Below, piece by piece: positions 52,519-59,031 of a stretch of 59,130 nt of DNA; the first letter of the stretch is position 1, and every line of letters starts with the position of its first letter. The stretch covers positions 1-59,130 of the IMG/VR virus record IMGVR_UViG_3300024581_000422; one strand, written 5' to 3'. A program made the translations under genes and the position numbers. The notes below the pieces were generated by a model, which had not been told where the DNA came from, ran no database searches, and worked only from the letters and a program-made list of their open reading frames with translations. The DNA is from a virus.

Positions 52519-52758
52519 CTATTTATTTTTTTTACTTAGTTTTATTGCTGTTGCAATACCTCCAATGATAGGGAATGTACCTGCTATATTTGCAACAACT
52601 TTTTTTGCTTTAGTTGGCTCTTTCTTTTTCTTTGGTCCACATATTCCATATGATTTACTCTTTGTGCGGCATTTGCCTCCACCCATTTTTCCTTTTTTCT
52701 TTTTTCCTCCGCCCGGTCCAAATGTTGATGGGGCTAATGGTTTACTTAAGTTTCTCAT
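52519..52758 (-). CDS. Tagged lysine-rich mini-protein A (79 aa): N-terminal MRNLSKPLAPSTF tag, poly-K/G core, C-terminal Gly-zipper hydrophobic tail
   Basis: ORF track. Motif shared with 53082..53279, 53290..53490 and 55654..55869. Confidence 0.65.
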   Translation of the reverse strand: MRNLSKPLAPSTFGPGGGKKKKGKMGGGKCRTKSKSYGICGPKKKKEPTKAKKVVANIAGTFPIIGGIATAIKLSKKNK

Positions 52759-52760
52759 AG

Positions 52761-52928
52761 CTATTGTTTATATGGTATAATTCTGTTTAATGTATCTCTC
52801 CTCTTGTTGCATCCGCAGTCCTTGCCTGTCTTCTTTGATATGGTGTCTACCACAGACTTAATGCCTGTCAGCCTTGTTACCTTGGCTACAGTGTCACCGA
52901 ATCCCTTTGACTTCTCACTTAGCTGCAT
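52761..52928 (-). CDS. Small conserved-looking protein (55 aa) with a CGC motif
   Basis: Hand-translated: MQLSEKSKGFGDTVAKVTRLTGIKSVVDTISKKTGKDCGCNKRRDTLNRIIPYKQ*. The stop lies 2 nt before the next ATG. Confidence 0.5.
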   Translation of the reverse strand: MQLSEKSKGFGDTVAKVTRLTGIKSVVDTISKKTGKDCGCNKRRDTLNRIIPYKQ

Positions 52929-53074
52929 CTCTTATTTTTACAGTCACACAATAATCTCTGTGGGCAGTCTTTAACCTTGAACATCAGCTTGCATACGCCA
53001 CCGTTCCACTTACACTTCAGCCTGTTACCCAAGCCCTGTAGCCATGTCCCTAATCGTATTAATAACTTTCCCAT
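52919..53074 (-). CDS. Small Cys-rich basic protein (51 aa)
   Basis: Hand-translated codon by codon: MGKLLIRLGTWLQGLGNRLKCKWNGGVCKLMFKVKDCPQRLLCDCKNKRCS*. Overlaps the next ATG. Confidence 0.45.
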   Translation of the reverse strand: MGKLLIRLGTWLQGLGNRLKCKWNGGVCKLMFKVKDCPQRLLCDCKNKRCS

Positions 53075-53081
53075 TGTTTCT

Positions 53082-53279
53082 TTATTTTCTAAATATTGAT
53101 GGAGCTAATGGTGTAGATAAATCTCTTCTTACTGTATTCTTTGCCGCAGAAGCTATTTTTTTGGCAGCCTGTGTAGCAATAGCAGCCTGTGTAGCAGAAG
53201 CCACTTTTTTGGCAGCCTTTGCCACTAATGTCGTTTTTTTGGCAGCTTTTTTCTTTTTCTTTTTTTCTTTATCTTCCAT
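53082..53279 (-). CDS. Tagged lysine/alanine-rich mini-protein B (65 aa); the tag RRDLSTPLAPSIF is at the C-terminus
   Basis: ORF track. AKK/AAKK histone-H1-like composition. Confidence 0.6.
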   Translation of the reverse strand: MEDKEKKKKKKAAKKTTLVAKAAKKVASATQAAIATQAAKKIASAAKNTVRRDLSTPLAPSIFRK

Positions 53280-53289
53280 AACTATTTAT

Positions 53290-53490
53290 TTATTTTCCTA
53301 ATGATACTCCACTTTTATTCTTCGCAGACTTACTCAAAATAATCAATCCAAGAGTTCCCGCACCTGCTATTCCACCTGCAATCTCTGTAAGCTTTTCTCT
53401 GCGTGCAGCCTTCTTCTCCTCCTTAGTCTTCTTCTTCTTAGGCTCTTTATCAAACTTGCTCTCAGATAATGGTCTACTTAAATCTCTCAT
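53290..53490 (-). CDS. Tagged lysine-rich mini-protein C (66 aa): MRDLSRPLSESKF tag plus C-terminal Gly-zipper tail
   Basis: ORF track. Same architecture as protein A. Confidence 0.65.
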   Translation of the reverse strand: MRDLSRPLSESKFDKEPKKKKTKEEKKAARREKLTEIAGGIAGAGTLGLIILSKSAKNKSGVSLGK

Positions 53491-53495
53491 AACTT

Positions 53496-53744
53496 TTATC
53501 TACTACACCCAAAGTTCTTAGCAAAGTTTGCCATCTTTACTACACTTGGCTTATATTTATTTTTACTTCTCATTACCGATGAAGCAGCAGCACACACAGA
53601 CTTCCCCGGCATATTCTTCTTTGCCCAATCTGTAAACTTGCCTTCATTAGACTTTTTAATTTTTATGTCCTGCTTTCTCTTCACTGCAACAAAGATACTA
53701 ATATTTTCCTTTTCTATTTTTAGGACTTGACTTGGTCGAGCCAC
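53496..53744 (-). CDS. Small basic protein (up to 82 aa; start uncertain)
   Basis: ORF track. Its 5' end overlaps 53698..53988, so the real start is probably an internal or non-ATG codon near 53690. Confidence 0.45.
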   Translation of the reverse strand: MARPSQVLKIEKENISIFVAVKRKQDIKIKKSNEGKFTDWAKKNMPGKSVCAAASSVMRSKNKYKPSVVKMANFAKNFGCSR

Positions 53745-53988
53745 CCGGACCTGCCCACAGGTTCTTACACGCCCAATACCGTGCAGTCAGCTTGTCTTTT
53801 GCTGTACTACACTTGTGTCGTGCCCGGAAAGACTTGCGTGCAGCAGCAGAATAGTTGTGACCGTAGCCCTCAGCACCGAAGTGTATCAACTTCTCTTTGC
53901 CATTAGCACACGCCTTTACCATCTTCTTCTTACCTGCCCTATCAGATTTAGTAACCCGATTGCACTTCATCTTGCTCTTAGTCGCCAT
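53698..53988 (-). CDS. Small basic protein (96 aa)
   Basis: ORF track. KLIHFGAEGYGHNYS..ARKSFRARHKC...ARYWACKNLW looks like a conserved fold rather than low complexity. GC-richer than the surrounding sequence. Confidence 0.6.
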   Translation of the reverse strand: MATKSKMKCNRVTKSDRAGKKKMVKACANGKEKLIHFGAEGYGHNYSAAARKSFRARHKCSTAKDKLTARYWACKNLWAGPGGSTKSSPKNRKGKY

Positions 53989-53991
53989 ATC

Positions 53992-54243
53992 CTATCTCTT
54001 TGTGTAACCCTTCGTTACCTTTGCCTTCTTGGTGTTAGGGACAAACTGCTTTGTCCGTCCCAATGCCTTCTTCTTCCTTGCAGTCTTCGCCCTCTCAGAC
54101 TTTGACATACTGCTCGCCTTCTTCAGCGGTAGACACCTGTCAGGGTTCTTCTTGTTCTTGCTCGTTCCGCACTCACCCTTTATAGAGCCATCCGTTCCGA
54201 TGCGAACCCACTTCTCGTCTCTCCACTTCTTTAGCTCACCCAT
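53992..54243 (-). CDS. Small basic protein (83 aa)
   Basis: ORF track. KWRDEKWVRIGTDGSIKGECG.....PDRCLP motif followed by a K/R-rich tail. Confidence 0.6.
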   Translation of the reverse strand: MGELKKWRDEKWVRIGTDGSIKGECGTSKNKKNPDRCLPLKKASSMSKSERAKTARKKKALGRTKQFVPNTKKAKVTKGYTKR

Positions 54244-54258
54244 AGACCTTTATTATAT

Positions 54259-54849
54259 CTATGCAGACTCTAATGTTATAACTACATTTGCTTCTGCTGT
54301 TGAAGAAGTACTAAATGTACCGGAGCTTAATGCAGTAACAGCCACAACACTCCCTGCAGGCAAATCAATATTCAACGCTGATACATCTTCTACAAATCCG
54401 GGAAATGGAGTGTCGTCAGTATCTATTGTTGTCGTTATAAAATAGTCAGTCCATAATGCCGCATTAGTCATGTCGCCTCCTACAGTTGCTGTTGAAATTT
54501 TAAATGTTATCGTCTTATTAGCTCCTGCAGCTGTAGTAATACTAAGACCGGAACACCACTGCCATCCTAATGATGTAACCTTGCAGTCTTCAGTCACTAT
54601 AACAAATCCTATCTGACCTAATGGAGCTTTAATAGTCCCAAAGTCAGCAGTATAACCACCAAGAAAACTTATCGTCCCACTGCTTCCAAAGTTTTGCATA
54701 GTCCCCGCATATGAAAGATATGAAGAGGAATTGAAATCATCAGGGAAGGTATAAGGCTCTGTTAGGCTGTTAATATAAGCTGACCTTTTTTCTGTAAGGT
54801 CTACCTCTTGTGATATACCTATAAATCTTGTTCCGTTTGGTATTGCCAT
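54259..54849 (-). CDS. Putative fibre/receptor-binding beta-sandwich protein (196 aa)
   Basis: Start moved to MAIPNGTRF (ATG 54849) to remove a 120-nt overlap with the upstream gene. Confidence 0.55.
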   Translation of the reverse strand: MAIPNGTRFIGISQEVDLTEKRSAYINSLTEPYTFPDDFNSSSYLSYAGTMQNFGSSGTISFLGGYTADFGTIKAPLGQIGFVIVTEDCKVTSLGWQWCSGLSITTAAGANKTITFKISTATVGGDMTNAALWTDYFITTTIDTDDTPFPGFVEDVSALNIDLPAGSVVAVTALSSGTFSTSSTAEANVVITLESA

Positions 54850-54869
54850 GTCTGTTTGTTTATTTATTT

Positions 54870-55490
54870 TTATAATCCTATCTTGTATATGCTGAGTGTT
54901 GCTGATGGAACATTGCTCCATCCACCTAACAATATGTGTGAATACAGTCCGCCTTGGTCTACACCTGAACTGTCTCGCATTATCTCCCATGTGAGCACAT
55001 CACCTGCAGTTGCATTGATTGGTATCGTAAGGTCATACGGTATAATAGTGTCCGTGTCCTTCAACTCAACAATCTTTGTTTCGCCTGACTGCACACCATT
55101 GATAAGTGCCCTGAATGCAATCACAGCACCACCACCTGATGAACCCTGACGCTCAAAGCTTGCATACCCATTGATTAGGTATATGCCGGACTCGTTGAAT
55201 GTTACATTGCCCAACCCATCTACCATCACCGGGTCAGCAATTGTCCCTTGTGATGTACCAAACTGTACCTGCAGTGGTGTGTCTAAACCCGAAGGTACTT
55301 GATTGTCTGTACCCGATGCGTTTAGCACGTTGGTCACAGCCAAGTTTGTAGCTATACCGCCTGATATATACGCACTGATGTCAGAGATTAGAAAGTTCTT
55401 CGTCTCGTTATTGCTGTCAGCATCTGTGCCTATCACCTTGTCGTTTGGTGAGATGTTGTTGTCTGTTGTGTATGTTGAAATCTTTGCCAT
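54870..55490 (-). CDS. Putative tail fibre with a C1q/TNF-like C-terminal jelly-roll (206 aa)
   Basis: N-terminal MAKISTYTTDN..DKVIGTD....TKNFLISDISAYI. C-terminal GIYLINGYASF...AVIAFRALINGVQ...ATAGDVLTWEI...ATLSIYKIG. Confidence 0.5.
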   Translation of the reverse strand: MAKISTYTTDNNISPNDKVIGTDADSNNETKNFLISDISAYISGGIATNLAVTNVLNASGTDNQVPSGLDTPLQVQFGTSQGTIADPVMVDGLGNVTFNESGIYLINGYASFERQGSSGGGAVIAFRALINGVQSGETKIVELKDTDTIIPYDLTIPINATAGDVLTWEIMRDSSGVDQGGLYSHILLGGWSNVPSATLSIYKIGL

Positions 55491-55654
55491 TACTTTTTGT
55501 TTTTACCTTTAGCATAGTTTGGGTCTTTGCAGTACTTACTCGCAGCCATGTTTGCATATGCAGATGGATACCTGTCGAATGTTCTCTTCGCCCATGCTAT
55601 GCCCGCAGGACATATCTTGTTCTTTTTTTTATTTGCACTCCTCTTTGTTGGCAC
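55490..55654 (-). CDS. Small basic protein (54 aa, GTG start overlapping the upstream stop)
   Basis: Hand-translated codon by codon: (M)PTKRSANKKKNKICPAGIAWAKRTFDRYPSAYANMAASKYCKDPNYAKGKNKK*. TAGTG and TAATG overlaps couple it to both neighbours. Confidence 0.45.
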   Translation of the reverse strand: MPTKRSANKKKNKICPAGIAWAKRTFDRYPSAYANMAASKYCKDPNYAKGKNKK

Positions 55655-55869
55655 TACTTTTTACTTTTGTATCTATCTGTATACTTAGTTGACTCTGACA
55701 ACTCGTAATCATCCGACTTTTCTAATCGCTTGTCAAAGTCTTTTCTATACTGCTTCAACATCTTGACGTGCTTCTTGAAAGCCTGCTTCTGCTTCTTCTT
55801 TACACTTTTTGGTTTCTTGCTACCATTGTCAAATATTGACTCAGATAGTGGAGTTCGTAGGTCTCTCAT
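55654..55869 (-). CDS. Tagged lysine-rich mini-protein D (71 aa): MRDLRTPLSESIF tag
   Basis: ORF track. First gene behind a perfect TATCTTTG box. Confidence 0.65.
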   Translation of the reverse strand: MRDLRTPLSESIFDNGSKKPKSVKKKQKQAFKKHVKMLKQYRKDFDKRLEKSDDYELSESTKYTDRYKSKK

Positions 55870-55881
55870 CGTAATTTTTAT

Positions 55882-55899
55882 TATCTTTATGCAAAGATA
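55882..55899. promoter_or_regulatory. Palindrome TATCTTTATGCAAAGATA carrying two back-to-back (divergent) -7 boxes
   Basis: The - strand reads TATCTTTG, 22 nt before ATG 55869. The + strand reads TATCTTTA, 24 nt before ATG 55914. Confidence 0.5.
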
Positions 55900-55913
55900 G
55901 TAAATTTAATTTT

Positions 55914-56363
55914 ATGCAGAAATACACCCCAACACATGACTACCTAAAATATTGGAAGGTTGTCAGACAATACATAAAGTCACGATACAAGCTTACGCAG
56001 GCAGACCTTGACATACTGCTGTTCTTGCGTACAGAAGACTACTTCTCTAAAGATAAATTTGAAGAGTTTGACAGGCTCCTATCTTGGGATGACAGGAGAT
56101 TTAATAGGCTACTAAAAGATGGATGGATAGAAGTCTTCCGTAAACGTAAAGGTAAACGTAAAGGGCTATACACATTATCGTTTCATGCCAAGCACGTGGT
56201 CGCATCTATATACAGGAAGCTGAATGGTGAAGAGATTCCAATGACAGCAGAACACAATCCTATGTTTTTAAAGAATGTGTCATACTCAGACAAACGCTAT
56301 CGTGAGGCTATCATCGCAATGAATGAGTCTATTCGACAACAACGACATCACGCTCCTGAATGA
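55914..56363 (+). CDS. Putative winged-helix (MarR-like) DNA-binding regulator (149 aa)
   Basis: LTQADLDILLFL...RFNRLLKDGWIEVFRKRKGKRKGLYTLS pattern. It is the only + strand gene inside the - strand arm. Confidence 0.45.
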   Translation: MQKYTPTHDYLKYWKVVRQYIKSRYKLTQADLDILLFLRTEDYFSKDKFEEFDRLLSWDDRRFNRLLKDGWIEVFRKRKGKRKGLYTLSFHAKHVVASIYRKLNGEEIPMTAEHNPMFLKNVSYSDKRYREAIIAMNESIRQQRHHAPE

Positions 56364-56586
56364 TTGTGCACATGGTATTATCTATGGCGAGCGTATATGA
56401 GTTACGCACGTCATAGTATATGATGTCGTTTTCTTTCAGGTGTGGCACATCTGTGCCCGGCATTATCACCCGACCTTTCTGATACCTAAATGACTTCGCA
56501 TCCTCATCCGATAGTAGGATGCCACTCTCGGTTGTTATCTTCTCTTCTATTTTTTCTATTACGATATTTTTTCCTATTGCCTTCAT
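56329..56586 (-). CDS. groES: Co-chaperonin GroES (Cpn10) homologue (85 aa)
   Basis: KAIGKNIVIEKIEE..TTESGILLS......QKGRVIMPG......LKENDIIYY...........IIQERDVVVV follows the Cpn10 pattern along its full length. Confidence 0.75.
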   Translation of the reverse strand: MKAIGKNIVIEKIEEKITTESGILLSDEDAKSFRYQKGRVIMPGTDVPHLKENDIIYYDVRNSYTLAIDNTMCTIIQERDVVVVE

Positions 56587-57239
56587 TATACTTTTTTTGT
56601 GTTATACATATATCTGTCAGTGTCTTCTGTCACCCACTTCTCATACCCCTCAGCATTGAATGTCTGTGTGCACACCTTATAGTCAGGTCGCTCAGGGAAA
56701 TCTTTTGTAGTAAAAGATGGCTCAATCCATCTCACCCTATTGTTTGGCTGTAGTGCAATGTTACCGTTTTGCAACAGGATTATATGGTGCGACTTATGTT
56801 CGTGTGGTGTCTCACTAAGTGTAAGGTCAGCATTCTCGTTTGTGTCACCCGCCCACTGTAGTGTTGCAAAGTATTCGCCATCATACCACATCTTGTCTTT
56901 CATATACACAGATGCAGTCACGCTACCCAAGTAGTTTAGTTGCACTACCGAGAAGTTCTTACTAAAAGAGTTCCATAGGCACAGGTGGTCAAATGCCATG
57001 GCAGGTGCAGTCGTTGGGTCTATCTCTCTGTCGAATACCACAAATGCAGAGCACGGTAGCTTGTCTCTCATCACACCATTCTCAAGTAGCACTTGGAATA
57101 GTGGCACTTGTCCGGGCAAGCACTTTACAGATACCATCCGCCCCCTGTCAAACTCTCCATGGTTAGACTCCATGTCGTATAGGTACTCTCGTCGTACCCA
57201 TACATCTAAAGGAGGAAAACTTGATTCAATGTATGCCAT
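56586..57239 (-). CDS. Hypothetical protein (217 aa) embedded between groEL and groES
   Basis: ORF track. ATG/stop abutting groES. Confidence 0.65.
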   Translation of the reverse strand: MAYIESSFPPLDVWVRREYLYDMESNHGEFDRGRMVSVKCLPGQVPLFQVLLENGVMRDKLPCSAFVVFDREIDPTTAPAMAFDHLCLWNSFSKNFSVVQLNYLGSVTASVYMKDKMWYDGEYFATLQWAGDTNENADLTLSETPHEHKSHHIILLQNGNIALQPNNRVRWIEPSFTTKDFPERPDYKVCTQTFNAEGYEKWVTEDTDRYMYNTKKV

Positions 57240-57249
57240 GTCTTATAAT

Positions 57250-58860
57250 CTAATTAGATGTGTCGTAGCTTCGTGCCATTGTCACAATAGCATTTGTAGA
57301 TAGTATGGTCACTGCAACAGAGACCGCATTCTGTAGTGCCTGACGTGTCACCTTCACCGGGTCTATCACCCCAAGTGACATCAGGTATCCATACCGCTCA
57401 TTCTTCACATCGTATCCCCACGTTGCCCCCTTGCAGTCCTTGTACACCTCAGCAGCATCGAGACCCGCATTGGATAGTATCTGATACAGCGGAGCCTTCA
57501 GTGCCTGAGACAGGATAGCATATGCAGTCTTCTTTGCTACATTCTTCTCTTTGCGTTCCTTGATGGCATAGCTCTTGTGAAGGTTGTATAACGTCAGCCC
57601 ACCACCCGGCAAGATGCCTTCTTCAAGCGCAGAGCGAACCGCACACACCGCATCGTCTACACGGTCATATAACTCTTTCTGCTCGAGGTCTGTCTGCCCA
57701 CCTACGTATACCACACCGATACCTCCCGACAGGGATGCGATACGCTGATTGATAAAGTCCTTGTCTTCTTTTTTCTTTGCATTGCTGTGTGCCTCCTGCA
57801 ACTGCTTCACTCGCTCTTTCACCTCGTCTGATGTCTCCTCGTCGTCCTTCACGATGACAGTTGAGTCCCTGCCAACTATCACCTTGGAACAGTGACCCAA
57901 ATCATCGAATGTGATATGGCTTAGGTCGTCCCCCGTCTTCTCGCTAAAGTATGTAGCCCCAACACTGATAGCTATGTCCTGCATCAGCTCGTGCTGCCTA
58001 TACCCAAAGTCAGGCGGGTTTATCGTACATACCCTAAGCCCATTTTTTATTACGTTGGCTGCAAGCGTGTTCACCACATTCGTTGAACATGGCGCAATCA
58101 TAAGGAGCTTCTTGCCCTCTTGGATGATTGGCTTCAATACGTTTTCTATCTGTAGTATATTGCTTATCTCTGTGTCACACACCAACACATATGTGTCCTC
58201 GAGTACACACTCATCTCTCTTTTGGTCATTGATGAATAATGTAGATGCATACCCACGCTTTATCTTTATCCCCTGTGTCGTCTCGTAGTATGTATCCGAT
58301 GTCTTGCTTTTCTCTACCGTCACCACACCATCACGCCCTATGCTCTCATACACATCTGCTATAATGCCGCCTATGTGACCATCATTATTCGCTGAGATAA
58401 TCGCAACATCTCGCAGCTTTCGACTGTCTAAGGTCTTGCCTTTTAGCTTTAACATATTCGATATACTCTTGGTCTCGTCTACCATGTGTCGTAACACCTC
58501 TGTTCGATTGACCATATCGCCAATCATGTCGGTGCCTGCATTGACCAATGCTTCTGCCAATACAATCGCAGTCGTCGTGCCATCACCCGCAGATGACGCA
58601 GTCATGTCCGCAGCCTCCTTCATCATCCGAACCGCAAGGTTCTCGACCGGGTCAAGTAATGAGATTGACTTCGCTACAGTCACGCCATCCTTCGTTACCG
58701 TAATGCCATGTAGATGTTCAGGCGACTCTATCAGTACCGTATTGCCTCGTGGTCCAAGTGTGGACTTGACAGCATTGGAAATCTTGTTGATGCCATTGAT
58801 TAGTTTACTTCGTCCACCATCTGAGAAGTGGAGTTCTTTAGGAGTGAATCCCTGTTGCAT
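57250..58860 (-). CDS. groEL: Chaperonin GroEL (Cpn60) homologue (536 aa)
   Basis: KELHFSDGGRSKLINGINKISNAVKSTLGPRGNTVLIE, ITVTKDGVTVAKSI, AGDGTTTAIVLAEAL, PGGG. Start set to ATG 58860 (MQQGFTPK). No C-terminal GGM repeat. Confidence 0.95.
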   Translation of the reverse strand: MQQGFTPKELHFSDGGRSKLINGINKISNAVKSTLGPRGNTVLIESPEHLHGITVTKDGVTVAKSISLLDPVENLAVRMMKEAADMTASSAGDGTTTAIVLAEALVNAGTDMIGDMVNRTEVLRHMVDETKSISNMLKLKGKTLDSRKLRDVAIISANNDGHIGGIIADVYESIGRDGVVTVEKSKTSDTYYETTQGIKIKRGYASTLFINDQKRDECVLEDTYVLVCDTEISNILQIENVLKPIIQEGKKLLMIAPCSTNVVNTLAANVIKNGLRVCTINPPDFGYRQHELMQDIAISVGATYFSEKTGDDLSHITFDDLGHCSKVIVGRDSTVIVKDDEETSDEVKERVKQLQEAHSNAKKKEDKDFINQRIASLSGGIGVVYVGGQTDLEQKELYDRVDDAVCAVRSALEEGILPGGGLTLYNLHKSYAIKERKEKNVAKKTAYAILSQALKAPLYQILSNAGLDAAEVYKDCKGATWGYDVKNERYGYLMSLGVIDPVKVTRQALQNAVSVAVTILSTNAIVTMARSYDTSN

Positions 58861-58883
58861 ATGTATTAAATTTAATTGTACCA

Positions 58884-58891
58884 CAAAGGTA
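58884..58891 (-). promoter_or_regulatory. -7 box TACCTTTG (- strand), 24 nt before the groEL ATG
   Basis: Exact TAnnTTTG match, inside the inverted repeat tgtacc-acaaa-ggtaca (58885..58901). Confidence 0.45.
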
Positions 58892-59031
58892 CACTATTAT
58901 ATTTAATTATGCAAACTATTTTTTTTGTGTCGTCTTCATGCGTCCCTATACTACTACTACCCTTTTTTATTATTATTGTTTTTTATTAATACGAGGCTTT
59001 TAACTTAACATCTTAACATTTTTTTAATTAA

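Noticed and set aside
54850-54990. N-terminal extension of the 54259 gene (track ORF 54259..54990) and similar long 5' extensions (6815, 5663, 8934, 41565, 58884, 17970, 51546)
   Set aside because: The extensions overlap upstream genes or run through promoter, hairpin or terminator elements, and several start at non-ATG codons. Internal ATGs with the genome-typical A-rich context give tight, non-overlapping packing.
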